64,000 bases of DNA. It comes from an uncultured Candidatus Saccharibacteria bacterium (GTDB lineage: Bacteria; Patescibacteriota; Minisyncoccia; Phycocordibacterales; Phycocordibacteraceae). Location: the NCBI GenBank assembly GCA_964446735.1, contig CAYUQB010000001.1:27892-91891 (forward strand), written 5' to 3'. Positions 10,562 through 20,863 of the stretch are shown one piece after another. Numbering within the stretch: position 1 is the first letter of the stretch; each line of letters begins with the position of its first letter. The notes under the pieces are model-generated. The model worked only from the letters and a program-made list of their open reading frames with translations. It had not been told where the DNA came from and ran no database searches. A program made the translations under genes and the position numbers.

Positions 10562-10894
10562 ATGGAATTGGCTGTCATAAAGACAGGTGGTAAGCAGTAC
10601 GTCGTCTCCCCAGGCGACCTTGTTACCATTGAGAAGCTGGGCGCCCGCTCCAAGACCCAGGAGCTCAAACGGGGCGACACGGTCACCTTCGAGGAGGTGC
10701 TCATGACCGACGATGGTTCAACCGCAAATATCGGTACTCCCCTCGTAAAAGGCGCTAAGGTAATTGCCACCGTACACTCAGTCGGTCGCGCACCGAAAGT
10801 AGAGGTTGTGAAGTACAAAGCAAAGAGCCGCTACCTCAAGCGCCGCGGACATCGCCAGCCGTACGTGAAAGTGAAGATCGATACGATCGCCTAA
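10562..10894 (+). CDS. rplU: 50S ribosomal protein L21
   Basis: AVIKTGGKQY, GTP.V, GHRQPY. Confidence 0.97.
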   Translation: MELAVIKTGGKQYVVSPGDLVTIEKLGARSKTQELKRGDTVTFEEVLMTDDGSTANIGTPLVKGAKVIATVHSVGRAPKVEVVKYKAKSRYLKRRGHRQPYVKVKIDTIA

Positions 10895-10921
10895 AGAATC
10901 CCGCCGACCGGCGGGTTCTTT
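10893..10921. terminator. Bidirectional terminator between rplU and recR
   Basis: AAAGAATCCCGCCG-AC-CGGCGGGTTCTTT between convergent genes. Confidence 0.65.
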
Positions 10922-10923
10922 CG

Positions 10924-11529
10924 TTAGGTATCTTTTCGATTCTGAAGCGCACTTGAGAGCGTTTGTGCGTCCGAATATTCCAGCTCACTACCCGTTGCAA
11001 GCCCTCGTCCGAGTTGGGTAAGTCGTAGCGCACCACGCAAAGGAGAGAGAAGTTCACGTACCCGGTCAGCGGTGTGCTCTCCTTCATTGGTTGCCGAAAG
11101 GGCGAGCACAATTTCAGCCAGACCTGTTTTTGCACGCTTCTCAACAATACGGACTAGATCCCGCTCACGTATTGTGCCTTTTCCGGTGAGGGTAAGTATG
11201 CCGCCGAGCACGAAGTACCGGCCTTTGTATGCATTCGCCCGCTCAACAGCGGCAAGGTCTTGGTCCTTCTCGACGATCATAAGAACCGTATCGTCTCGAG
11301 AGGGATCTGCGCAGTAATTACAGAGGCTGTCTCGATTCGTTGGCGCAAACCGCATGCAGAGTGTGCACTGACGGACATCAGAACCGAGCGTCGTAATGAG
11401 AGCAGCAAGTCGAGCCCGCTCGGAGGTGGGTGTTGCAAGGAGGTGGTACACAAAACGCTTGGCCTGCCGCGGCCCGATGCCCGGGAAGCGCGCAAAGGCA
11501 TTAGCAAGTTCCTCAATACGGTCCTGCAT
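10924..11529 (-). CDS. recR: Recombination protein RecR
   Basis: HhH PGIG, C4 zinc finger, Toprim domain, ELEY.D..TL. Confidence 0.95.
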   Translation of the reverse strand: MQDRIEELANAFARFPGIGPRQAKRFVYHLLATPTSERARLAALITTLGSDVRQCTLCMRFAPTNRDSLCNYCADPSRDDTVLMIVEKDQDLAAVERANAYKGRYFVLGGILTLTGKGTIRERDLVRIVEKRAKTGLAEIVLALSATNEGEHTADRVRELLSPLRGALRLTQLGRGLATGSELEYSDAQTLSSALQNRKDT

Positions 11530-11531
11530 GG

Positions 11532-12893
11532 TTAAAATTCACTCGCCAGTTCCCCGTATCCGCTCTTATCAACCGGAAGGAAGGAAGTCCGTTTCTCGTC
11601 GAAATAGAGATCAATCTTTCCGGTGGGACCATTGCGATGCTTTTCAATGAGAATCTCGGCAATGTTCGGACGATCGCTATCTGGGTTCCGTTTATCATCA
11701 CGATGAATGAACATCACGACGTCCGCATCTTGTTCGATCGAGCCCGAATCACGAAGATCTGAAAGACGAGGTTTCCCTCCGCGTTGCTCCACGGCGCGGG
11801 AGAGCTGCGAGAGTGCCAAGACCGGCACTTCAAGTTCACGGGCAAGCCCCTTAAGTGAGCGCGAGATCTCGGTGACTTGCTGCACCATGGAATCAGAGGC
11901 TCGAGTGTTCGTGGGTGCCATGAGCTGGAGGTAGTCGACGATGATGAGACCGATACCGCGTTCGCGTTTGAGACGTCGAGCCACCGCGCGCATGGAGAGA
12001 ATGTTTTGTGCCGGCTTATCATCTATATAGATCGGTGCACGGGAAAGATTCTCAAGCGCGTCGCGAATCTTCGCGAAATCATCTTCATCTCGAATGGCAC
12101 CGGTGCGCATCTTCCACGAGTTCACGTATGACTCAGCCGAGAGCATACGGTCCACCAGCTGCTCGGTGCTCATTTCAAGCGAGAAGATACCAACCGGAAC
12201 ACCACCACGTACTGCAGCATTTCGTGCGATATCGAGCGCAAGCGAGGTCTTACCCATAGACGGGCGCGCTGCAAGAATGATGAGGTCTGATTTATGGAGA
12301 CCCGAGAGCATGCCGTCGAGGTCAGCAAACCCAGTTGAGATGCCACGTATGGCATTTTGATTCTTGGAGAGGTTCTCGAGACGATCCCATGCGTCGTGCA
12401 CCTTGTCTGAAATCGGTGTGAACTTATGCGATGCCGATGCGTTCCCGATTGCCATGATTTTCTTTTCAGCATCATCAAGGAGCACGGCAACTTCACTCCC
12501 TTCCTCGTACGCCGCTTCAGTGATTTCGTATGACGCATCGATGAGCTCACGCATGATGTGCTTGCGCGAGACAAGATCGGCATAGTGGGCGTAATTGCCT
12601 GGGGCAGGAGCACTTCCGGCAAGCTCTGCAAGATACGCGCGACCACCCGCACGCTCCAAGGTGCCATTTGCCGTGAGCCGCTCAGAAAGAGTCAGTATGT
12701 CGATAGGCTCGCCACGCTCGGAAAGGTCCCGCATCGCTTCGAAGATGATGCGATGTTTTTCTGCGTAGAACGAACCAGGTTTGATGGTGTCCGCGATGTC
12801 GTGGATCGCGTCGGGCTTAAGGAGAAGTGCGCCAAGAAGAGCGCGCTCGGAATCGAGACTCTGCGGGGGAACGCGTACTGCCGGGTCGGCCAT
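11532..12893 (-). CDS. dnaB: Replicative DNA helicase
   Basis: PPQS, AARPSMGKT, FSLEM, DYLQL, LSQLSR, DLRDSGSIEQDAD, KHRNG. Confidence 0.98.
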   Translation of the reverse strand: MADPAVRVPPQSLDSERALLGALLLKPDAIHDIADTIKPGSFYAEKHRIIFEAMRDLSERGEPIDILTLSERLTANGTLERAGGRAYLAELAGSAPAPGNYAHYADLVSRKHIMRELIDASYEITEAAYEEGSEVAVLLDDAEKKIMAIGNASASHKFTPISDKVHDAWDRLENLSKNQNAIRGISTGFADLDGMLSGLHKSDLIILAARPSMGKTSLALDIARNAAVRGGVPVGIFSLEMSTEQLVDRMLSAESYVNSWKMRTGAIRDEDDFAKIRDALENLSRAPIYIDDKPAQNILSMRAVARRLKRERGIGLIIVDYLQLMAPTNTRASDSMVQQVTEISRSLKGLARELEVPVLALSQLSRAVEQRGGKPRLSDLRDSGSIEQDADVVMFIHRDDKRNPDSDRPNIAEILIEKHRNGPTGKIDLYFDEKRTSFLPVDKSGYGELASEF

Positions 12894-12907
12894 TGTCGTT
12901 CATTGTA

Positions 12908-14353
12908 TCAATGGGGCAGCGGGGTGACTACCGTTCCGGTAGCAGTGTCATCCACACGATATCCCCGGAATTCAAGTTCGTCCCGAAGTTCATCGGAAAC
13001 CTTGAAATCCTTTATTCTACGAGCCTCCTCTCGTCTGGCCATGAGCTCTTGGATATCACTGGGTAGGTCTTCTGGTGCAATGGGACCCTCAACGTCCGGT
13101 GGGGTAAGCAACAACAGTCCAAGAACGGCATCGGCTGCCTTGAGCACCCCAAGCTTCTGAGAGGCGGAGAGTTCGTCACTCCGTACGGTTTCCCAGAGGA
13201 GTGCAAGGGCAGCAGAGGTTGCCAGATCATCACGTAAAAGCGCAACGATGCGTCGCTCCGTATCGGAGGTCACCACCTTACCCTTCGCCTCGTCAGTAAT
13301 TTCACGAGCCAATCGCCAGAGGCGCGAAAGTGCCTCATCAGCTGCAGCAATGGCATCCCAGCTAAAAGAGATTGGCGTGCGGAAGCTTGCCTGGTAGTAG
13401 AAATAGCGAAGTGAAAGTGGATGGAATCCCTCGGCAACGATATCTGAAAGCAAAATCTCATTACCGAGTGACTTTGCTATCTTCTCGCCTTCGATAGTAA
13501 TGAACGCCTCGTGGAGCCAGTAATGTGCCAGCGGTTTACCACTCACTGCTTCAGACTGCGCGATCTCGTTATTGTGATGAACCGGAATATGGTCCATTCC
13601 TCCCGTATGGATATCGATTTCCGGTCCTAGAAGTGTTCGAATCATTGCCGAGCACTCAATATGCCAGCCAGGATTTCCTGGACCCCAGGGAGAATCCCAT
13701 TTCTGAAGATCGTTCGCTTTTGCGGTCCTCCAGAGTGCGAAGTCATGGAGATTCCGTTTGCCACCATCCATCTTTACTCGTGCCCCACCCATAAGCTTTA
13801 CTTCGGCGACACCCCCGAGTTTGCCGTAGTCCGGATACTTGCTGGTATCGAAGTACACGCCGTCCTTGGTGCGGTACGTAAACCCCTTTTCCTCAAGCGC
13901 TTGAATCATTGCGATTTGCTCCTTGATGTATTCGGTGGCACGTGGGAAGAGAATATGGGCGGTGTCGACGTTCAGTAATTTGAGGTCCTCCAAATAGTGG
14001 TTGGTGTAGCGGGTCGCTATTTCTTCGGGAGACAACGATTCACGTGCTGCGCCCACCGCCATCTTGTCTTCGCCCTCGTCACCGTCACCCACCAAATGAC
14101 CAACATCAGTGATGTTTATCACTCGTCGGACATGGAAGTCCGCTGCCATAAGCACCCGGGCGATCGTGTCTGCAAAGAGTGCGGCACGCAAGTTCCCAAT
14201 ATGCTGCGGACCATAGACGGTGGGACCGCAAGAGTAGAGGGTTGCGATACCTGGTTTCAGCGGCACGAAGACCTCCTTCTTGCCGGAGAGGGTATTCGTA
14301 AAGAAAATGGGAGCGGCGCTCTCTAGAGCCTTCGCCTTACGAAACGGCCACAT
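12908..14353 (-). CDS. cysS: Cysteinyl-tRNA synthetase
   Basis: CGPTVY..HIGN, PGWHIECS, HHNNE, KIAKS; start MWPF after a leaderless -10. Confidence 0.96.
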   Translation of the reverse strand: MWPFRKAKALESAAPIFFTNTLSGKKEVFVPLKPGIATLYSCGPTVYGPQHIGNLRAALFADTIARVLMAADFHVRRVINITDVGHLVGDGDEGEDKMAVGAARESLSPEEIATRYTNHYLEDLKLLNVDTAHILFPRATEYIKEQIAMIQALEEKGFTYRTKDGVYFDTSKYPDYGKLGGVAEVKLMGGARVKMDGGKRNLHDFALWRTAKANDLQKWDSPWGPGNPGWHIECSAMIRTLLGPEIDIHTGGMDHIPVHHNNEIAQSEAVSGKPLAHYWLHEAFITIEGEKIAKSLGNEILLSDIVAEGFHPLSLRYFYYQASFRTPISFSWDAIAAADEALSRLWRLAREITDEAKGKVVTSDTERRIVALLRDDLATSAALALLWETVRSDELSASQKLGVLKAADAVLGLLLLTPPDVEGPIAPEDLPSDIQELMARREEARRIKDFKVSDELRDELEFRGYRVDDTATGTVVTPLPH

Positions 14354-14369
14354 AGAGCTATGGTAGCAC

Positions 14370-15287
14370 TTACAACCACTTTTTAATCTTGAAGAACAAG
14401 TACACACTCAGTGTGGTGAGAAACCCAATGCTCGTGATGATCCAGAACTCGAATGGGTCGCCATCAAATGGCTGCGATTCAACATTCATACCAAAGAGGG
14501 AAGCGACCACCGTTACGGGAAGACCGAGGAAGGCCAATACCGTGATCCGCTTCATGATCTCGTTCTGAGCTGCGTTGAGCAGTGAGTCATTGGTCGCGCG
14601 TAGTTCGCTCGCTGCCGCACGATACGAACGCACCAGATCAGCAACATGATCCCGCTCACCCTCAATGTGTGCAGCGTGTTTTTTAAAACCAACGCCAAAA
14701 AATGCTGGGGTCGCAAGACTCGCTAGGAACGCAGTGAGGGGCTCTTCATGTCGCGCGAGCGTAGTCTGAAACCGCAGGAGTACCCGTCCAATGTTTGAGA
14801 TGGCATGTACGGTGGCACGCTCCTTTCCGGAGAACATATCAGCCTCAATTCGATCGAGGGTACGGGCTGCACGTTCCATTTCTTCTCGTATGGCACCATA
14901 CATGCGACGAAGCAGACGCTCCAAGAGTTCATCCGCACGGGTAGCGGCATGGGGGAGGCCGAGGAGTTCTTCTGCCTCAAACACTCGATGTAGGTTATGC
15001 AGCGTTTCTATAACCTCATATCGTGCGGTGATGATGAAGTTCTTTCCTACAATAAAATCCACTTCTTGAATGCGCGTGCCGCTTTCAGGGTCAGTGGTAG
15101 GGAAGTGGAGAATGAGGTAGTGGTATTTCGGAAAGGAAATGGAAAGTGGATAGGGGGTCGGAGCGATAATTTCCTCCTCAATGCGTTCGTCGATGCCGAA
15201 TTCTCGCATGACAGTTGAGAGCTCTTCATGCGAAGGGCTTTCAAGATCGATCCACGTAATTTTTCCGCGCACATGCCGCGTCACCAT
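14370..15287 (-). CDS. corA: CorA-family Mg2+ transporter
   Basis: WIDL N-terminus, NEIMK, FGMN motif, two C-terminal TMs. Confidence 0.88.
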   Translation of the reverse strand: MVTRHVRGKITWIDLESPSHEELSTVMREFGIDERIEEEIIAPTPYPLSISFPKYHYLILHFPTTDPESGTRIQEVDFIVGKNFIITARYEVIETLHNLHRVFEAEELLGLPHAATRADELLERLLRRMYGAIREEMERAARTLDRIEADMFSGKERATVHAISNIGRVLLRFQTTLARHEEPLTAFLASLATPAFFGVGFKKHAAHIEGERDHVADLVRSYRAAASELRATNDSLLNAAQNEIMKRITVLAFLGLPVTVVASLFGMNVESQPFDGDPFEFWIITSIGFLTTLSVYLFFKIKKWL

Positions 15288-15373
15288 TACTCAGTAGTAT
15301 ACCGAAGCGAATACCGTCCGCGTACGCAAAACCTTCATGGAAGGGGATAGATAGTGCGTGATATAGTCCTTGC

Positions 15374-16639
15374 ATGGAAGATGACTTTTCCGCTCCGTCA
15401 TCACACTCACTCGCACGCACGGTCTGGCTCGGTGCTGCGTTTGCGCTCGTACTTGCACTCGGCTTTGTCGGAGGACTCACTGCGCACGATGCACTAGGTA
15501 AGACGAGTGTTCTCTCTCAGATCCCGCTTCTTGGAGATGGGCTTGATGCTACTCCCGCAGAGGACGCGAGCCTCGACAACTTCTGGAAGGTTTGGAATGA
15601 GCTTGATGAGCGCTTTGTGCAAACGCATGGTTCCTCGACCATCCCGAGCGCACAGGATAAGGTCTGGGGTGCTATTCAAGGTCTCGCCGCCTCGTATGGT
15701 GACCCGTACACGGTCTTCTTCCCCCCAGAGGAGGCAAAGATCTTCAACGAGGAGGTGACGGGCAACTTTGGTGGTATTGGGGCTGAGATAGGTAAGAACA
15801 AAGACAACGTACTTACGATCATTGCACCGCTCAAAGATTCCCCAGCAGAGCGCGCGGGGCTGCGCGCTGGCGATCTGATCATTGCCATCGATGGTAAATC
15901 AACCGAAGGGCTTTCAGTGGATCAAGCTATTAAAAAGATACGAGGTCAGAAAGGAACTACCGTGACGCTCACGCTCGTGCGTGAACAGAAGACCGAAGAA
16001 ATCACTATCACCCGTGCCACCATTCAAGTTCCAACCATCGAACATTCATACGATCCGAAAACGGGTATCTATTACGTTGCGCTCTATCAATTCACCGAAT
16101 CATCGAATTCACAGTTCAACAAAGCGGTCAAAGCGTTCCAAGCATCTGGCTCAAAGAAGCTCATCGTTGATCTTCGTGGCAATCCCGGCGGCTATCTCGA
16201 TCAGTCGACACGGATTGCTGGCTACTTCCTCCCGAAAGGTGCAACCGTGGTAACCGAAGACTATCAAGGGAAGCAGGAGAACATCGTGCACCGCAGTCCT
16301 GGTCAAGGTGGCATACCAGCAGGAACAAAGATCGTAGTACTCATCGATCAGGGCTCTGCATCAGCAAGCGAGATCCTTGCAGGGGCTCTTCAAGATGCGC
16401 AGGCAGCAACCCTTATTGGTACGCGCTCCTTCGGAAAGGGATCAGTCCAGGAACTCGTAGATATAAAAGGAGGATCTCTAAAAATTACCGTTGCAAGGTG
16501 GCTTACTCCTTCGGGTCGTTCAATCTCTGATGGAGGACTCACCCCTGACATCAAGGTCACGCGTACCCCAGAAGACTACACGGCAGAAAAGGACCCCCAG
16601 AAAGACCGCGCTATCGAGTTTCTGACGAGCGGGAAATAA
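15374..16639 (+). CDS. ctpA: S41 carboxy-terminal protease (PDZ)
   Basis: DPYT, GIG PDZ, DLRGNPGG, SASASE, SFGKGSVQ. Confidence 0.93.
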   Translation: MEDDFSAPSSHSLARTVWLGAAFALVLALGFVGGLTAHDALGKTSVLSQIPLLGDGLDATPAEDASLDNFWKVWNELDERFVQTHGSSTIPSAQDKVWGAIQGLAASYGDPYTVFFPPEEAKIFNEEVTGNFGGIGAEIGKNKDNVLTIIAPLKDSPAERAGLRAGDLIIAIDGKSTEGLSVDQAIKKIRGQKGTTVTLTLVREQKTEEITITRATIQVPTIEHSYDPKTGIYYVALYQFTESSNSQFNKAVKAFQASGSKKLIVDLRGNPGGYLDQSTRIAGYFLPKGATVVTEDYQGKQENIVHRSPGQGGIPAGTKIVVLIDQGSASASEILAGALQDAQAATLIGTRSFGKGSVQELVDIKGGSLKITVARWLTPSGRSISDGGLTPDIKVTRTPEDYTAEKDPQKDRAIEFLTSGK

Positions 16640-16692
16640 CCAACGCCGCCCTCGTTGCCTTAGGCGGCGTTGTCTAGAGAACTGGTGACTGG

Positions 16693-17283
16693 CTAGGCCA
16701 GTCGGTCGATGACCCGGGTGAGGTCGTGCTTCTGCCAGCGAGCCTCACCGATCGCGCGCGTGACGACTGGTCCAGAGAAGATGGCGCCGGCGAGGAGCAA
16801 AGTTACGATCTTGAGGCCACTAACGACCGCATCACGAGAAAGTGTTCCATCGCCACCCAGAACCAGCATGACCACGATGACCAGGAAGCCGAGTACGACC
16901 GAGCCGAAGTTCCAGTCGAACGACGCTTTGAAGCGCATCGAATCGTGCCAGGCAGGCCCGGCGACTTCCTTGAGACGTCGCTTGAAGGCGGGATAGTCGG
17001 CGGTTGTATAGACGGCGATCGCCGGTTTGTCGCCGTACCAGTGGTCGGTCCAGCTACCCACGAAGTAGAACTCGTGATCGTACTTGGAGACGAGCACGTT
17101 CATCGTCATCTGTTGTTTGGTGAGAGGTATTCCCCACACCTGCAGCTTGTGCCCGTTACGAAGACGTTCTCCCGCCTCTGTCCAGATCGCAGCATCGGTG
17201 CAGGCCAGGATGTCGGCTTGGCGGCTGACTGCCACCTTGGTGAGCACCTGGTAGGTATCATCGCTAATATAAATGGGGGTCAT
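16693..17283 (-). CDS. Orphan membrane protein (2 C-terminal TMs)
   Basis: Own TTGACA promoter near 17354; hairpin 16641-16672. Confidence 0.55.
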   Translation of the reverse strand: MTPIYISDDTYQVLTKVAVSRQADILACTDAAIWTEAGERLRNGHKLQVWGIPLTKQQMTMNVLVSKYDHEFYFVGSWTDHWYGDKPAIAVYTTADYPAFKRRLKEVAGPAWHDSMRFKASFDWNFGSVVLGFLVIVVMLVLGGDGTLSRDAVVSGLKIVTLLLAGAIFSGPVVTRAIGEARWQKHDLTRVIDRLA

Positions 17284-17405
17284 GGCCCGTTTCCCGGTTT
17301 GAGTGGATTTGTACAACGCACTTCGTAAGCACTGAACACAATAAATGACTGACTGTCAAGCAACTGGTTGCGTGTGTCGCACCAAGCGGTTAGGATGAGT
17401 CCACT

Positions 17406-17831
17406 ATGAAAGTCGTACTACTGAAAGATGTTCGTGATATGGGCCGTGCGCACTCGGTGCATGAAGTATCCGATGGGCACGCCCTCAATTTTCTTATTCC
17501 TCGCAAACTCGCCGTGTTGGCGACGTCGCAGAACCTTAAGCTTGCAGAGACAAAGCAAAAGCAGGTACTAGAGAAGCGCGCTCTTGATCACACGCTCGTT
17601 GCGGAACGTCTCGCCGCACTTGCAGAAGAAAAGATCATGATTACTAAGAAAGCCAACGAGCAGGGTCATCTCTATGACGGTGTAGACGCAGCTGAAATCG
17701 CAGAAGCTGCAGCACTTCCTGAAGATGCCATCAAACTTGAGAAGTCTATTAAGGAGCTGGGTACACACGAGATACCAGTCATGGTAGGGGAGAGCTTCGG
17801 AAAGATTGTTATCGAAATCGTAGCTGAGTAA
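17406..17831 (+). CDS. rplI: 50S ribosomal protein L9
   Basis: MKVVLLKDV..G, V.DG.A.NFLIP, IKELG.H. Confidence 0.95.
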   Translation: MKVVLLKDVRDMGRAHSVHEVSDGHALNFLIPRKLAVLATSQNLKLAETKQKQVLEKRALDHTLVAERLAALAEEKIMITKKANEQGHLYDGVDAAEIAEAAALPEDAIKLEKSIKELGTHEIPVMVGESFGKIVIEIVAE

Positions 17832-17847
17832 TACACGTAAAAGGGGA

Positions 17848-17883
17848 AAGGGGGCGACGCACGATTCGTGCGTCGCCCCCTTT
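17848..17883. terminator. Bidirectional terminator
   Basis: AAGGGGGCGACGCACG-att-CGTGCGTCGCCCCTTT long stem between convergent genes. Confidence 0.7.
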
Positions 17884-17906
17884 GCGTGGCAGCCGAGGGT
17901 CGGGTG

Positions 17907-18611
17907 TTATGTCAGGTAGCCGTATTCTGGGTGTTCCAGAATGGTCACCGGTACCGGTCGCACCCGCTCCATTGATCCCGTGCTCCAGCGCGTGGCGAGC
18001 ACAATGAAGCCTGCCAGAAGGGCGAGGAGCGCGACCGGCACGAGCCCGCCACGATCGCCAATGATTGGATAGCTCACACCGACGATGTCGGGAGCTGCGG
18101 GAGCCGTGCTCAACCGCTCTGCAGGCTCGACCGAATCGGGAGCCGTCGTCGGGACATCGCTCGCGCGACCGGTGGTAGCGCTCTGCGCCCCTGGTGTCGC
18201 CGAAAGCCAGGTGCCAGAAGGCGACGCATCAGCGTTCACCTGGAGCGGTGGCTCTTTGAGCTGGGCAGTGTCGACTGGGGGACGGTGCGGGACCAGCGTA
18301 GGCGCTGGTATGTCCGCGGTCTCCGCGAGAACACGCGCAACGGCCGCGTTCCCACTGATGCCTTCTGCCTCGAACTCGGTGAGTCGGGCTTTGCAGTACC
18401 CCCAGAAGGTGCCCGCGGCGCGTACGCCGGGAGGCCACTTCGCAGAGAAGCGCGTGGCCTCTTCGTGGGTCAGGTTCTTCTGGGCGAGGAGCTGGTTGGT
18501 GCAGTCGGCAGTCGTCTGATTCCAGACCCGCGCCTCGGCAGGTGCCGAAACGATGATAGCGAGGAATAGCGTCGCGAGGACGATGCTGAGTGAACGGATG
18601 GAACGTGACAT
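17907..18611 (-). CDS. Secreted, C-terminally anchored Pro/Ala-rich protein (paralog A)
   Basis: Signal peptide (AEA), two-Cys domain, low-complexity linker, TM. Confidence 0.6.
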   Translation of the reverse strand: MSRSIRSLSIVLATLFLAIIVSAPAEARVWNQTTADCTNQLLAQKNLTHEEATRFSAKWPPGVRAAGTFWGYCKARLTEFEAEGISGNAAVARVLAETADIPAPTLVPHRPPVDTAQLKEPPLQVNADASPSGTWLSATPGAQSATTGRASDVPTTAPDSVEPAERLSTAPAAPDIVGVSYPIIGDRGGLVPVALLALLAGFIVLATRWSTGSMERVRPVPVTILEHPEYGYLT

Positions 18612-18766
18612 GTGAAAACCCTCGGCTGGAAACGTTCAGAGCGGTCATCGCTGACCGCTCACTGTCGACACAATGACATTTTTCTTACAAAAATCAAATA
18701 CTGTAAAGAAGGACGGCGCTCCAGGGCGCCGTCAGTTCGAATTCAGCTAGAGGTGCGCGGTCAGAC

Positions 18767-19870
18767 CTACGTCTTGCCGTGTCCTCGAGCTCCGCCCCAT
18801 ATGGCTTGGCGGGGTGCAGCGTAGGCTGGGGCCACGTAGACGGGCACCGTCTGTGCGACGGCCACCGCGTGCTCGGCTTCAGCCGCGTGTCGCTCCCGGT
18901 TCTCGGCCAGGATGCGTCGCAGCCTCTTTTGTTCGTGCGCTGCGGCCTGCTCTGCGGACCACTCCGGAATGACGAGAGTGCTATGCCCGTCGTCGTGGAT
19001 GGTCGGCTGTACTGGCGGCTCTTCTTCGACGCTGTCGTTGGCGGGCTCAGGTTCGACGATCATCTTTGCGCGCGGGATGACCATCATATCGACGATCATG
19101 TACACGACCGCGAGCGCAAACCCGATCACGCCCAGGTAGGGCAGGTAGTAGTGCGTCAGGAACGGCAGGCAGTACTCCGTCAGGACGGTGGTGGCGACGC
19201 CACCAAGGAACCAGACGATGATGCCCAGCATGTCGAACGAGAAGCGCGGATCCACGCGGACGTCCGACTGCGAATTGGTGATGCCGTTGCTTCGACCGAG
19301 GGTATCCTCGGGAGCGGCAGCGGGAGCCGTGCTCGACCGCAGGGTGGGCTCGACCAGAATGGGAGCCGGTTGATGCGGTGGCTTGGCAGCGGGCCGAGCC
19401 GGCACATCGTGCTTCACCGGAGGCGAAGCAGCAGGTTGTGCGGCCGGAAGCCGCGGGAGATCCTTGCGGACCGGGGTCGAAATCAGAACGGCCGAACCGC
19501 GTGCGTGCGTGGCCGGTTCCGAGCGATCTGCCGAGGCCGAAACCACTGCAGGCGTGCCGTTCCGATCAGCCGCGTGCGCGGCCTCCTTCGGGGGCAGGAC
19601 CTGTGCGAGGGCCGCTTCAGGTGAGACGCCCCTGGCTTCTAGGGCCTCGAGCTTTTGTCGACACCCTCCCCAGATACCGCGCCAGTCGCTGACGATGTTG
19701 TGCCAGCCGGCGTTGAGGGCCTGCGGATTGAAGTTCGGATTCTCCTTCTTGCCGACGTCGATCCAGGCATCCTGGCAGATGTCGACGTGGTGGTTGTAGA
19801 TCTTCGCCTCCACCAGGGTGGGGCATGCGAGGAATAGGAACGCCACGAGGGCGAGCAACGAACGTTGCAT
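18767..19870 (-). CDS. Secreted, anchored Pro/Ala-rich protein (paralog B)
   Basis: GGAG SD before MQRSLL; same N-terminal domain as paralog A; 2 TMs. Confidence 0.6.
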   Translation of the reverse strand: MQRSLLALVAFLFLACPTLVEAKIYNHHVDICQDAWIDVGKKENPNFNPQALNAGWHNIVSDWRGIWGGCRQKLEALEARGVSPEAALAQVLPPKEAAHAADRNGTPAVVSASADRSEPATHARGSAVLISTPVRKDLPRLPAAQPAASPPVKHDVPARPAAKPPHQPAPILVEPTLRSSTAPAAAPEDTLGRSNGITNSQSDVRVDPRFSFDMLGIIVWFLGGVATTVLTEYCLPFLTHYYLPYLGVIGFALAVVYMIVDMMVIPRAKMIVEPEPANDSVEEEPPVQPTIHDDGHSTLVIPEWSAEQAAAHEQKRLRRILAENRERHAAEAEHAVAVAQTVPVYVAPAYAAPRQAIWGGARGHGKT

Positions 19871-20012
19871 GTGAGGTGCTCCCTCTAGCTGAATGTTATA
19901 GAGCAATCGGGCTGTGGGGCCCTTGCCCAGAGTGATATGACCATATTTTTGGGAGTCTTGCAATGTACGCGAGAACGGCGCCTTGTGGGCGCCGTCTGCA
20001 AATCAAGAACAT

Positions 20013-20465
20013 CTATCCGAGCGAACGGGTCGAGCGGTACGCGCTCTTGCGTCGCGGCTTGAGGTGTCTCAGAAACTGAAAGACCACCCAGAGGGAGACG
20101 AGCCCCCACCCGCTCCAGCCGAGGGCATACTGCGCCTTCAGCCAGTTGTCCTTCTGTTCGGCCAGACGCTTGTACTCGTCGCGTGCGGCCGTCACCTCGG
20201 CTACCTGCCCCTCGAGGTCCGCGATCCGTTCGGCGGCTTTCCGAAGCGGCTCGTTTGCCGCATCCACCCGGTCACAGAGCGCCTGGCCGATGTCGCCGGG
20301 TCGAATAGTGACAGGCTGGCCGTCGAGCGTGAAGGTCTTTCCGTCTGGAAGTCTGGTGGGGTTGAGTCCCACTGCTCTCAGGCGATCCGCACACGTTCCG
20401 TCATCGGCTCGCGCAGGTGTCCCGAGGGACAGTACCAGTAGCCCACCAATCAAGACTCTCCGCAT
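20013..20465 (-). CDS. Secreted coiled-coil protein with C-terminal TM
   Basis: GGAGG SD, signal peptide (ARA), coiled coil, TM plus basic tail. Confidence 0.55.
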   Translation of the reverse strand: MRRVLIGGLLVLSLGTPARADDGTCADRLRAVGLNPTRLPDGKTFTLDGQPVTIRPGDIGQALCDRVDAANEPLRKAAERIADLEGQVAEVTAARDEYKRLAEQKDNWLKAQYALGWSGWGLVSLWVVFQFLRHLKPRRKSAYRSTRSLG

Positions 20466-20560
20466 TGCTGTCCCTCCCGAAACAATGAATGGCGCGCACG
20501 CGCCGTTCTCCTAGCGGGGACAATACCACGAAAAACGCCGGCGTAAAGCCGGCGGATTCC

Positions 20561-20839
20561 TTAGGCAGCGACGACGTCGACTACCTTTTTTCGACGAACC
20601 CTGCCGTCAAAATTAGTCTTACGCATCTCGCGGAAGGCAACTTTGCCTACGATCATCGAGTAGAGGGTGTGGTCCTTTCCAACCTTCACATTCTTTCCGG
20701 GCTCGATCTTGGTACCGCGCTGACGCACGATGACCATGCCGGGACGAGCAGGAGCACCGTCAGCGAGCTTCACCCCGAGGTATTTCGGGTTTGAAGTATT
20801 AAGATTTTTTGCTGATCCACCAGCTTTAGTACTTGCCAT
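20561..20839 (-). CDS. rpmA: 50S ribosomal protein L27
   Basis: MASTKAGGS, LGVK, VRQRGT, GKDHTL. Confidence 0.96.
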   Translation of the reverse strand: MASTKAGGSAKNLNTSNPKYLGVKLADGAPARPGMVIVRQRGTKIEPGKNVKVGKDHTLYSMIVGKVAFREMRKTNFDGRVRRKKVVDVVAA

Positions 20840-20863
20840 ACGCTATACTTTCTTTACGTTGCC

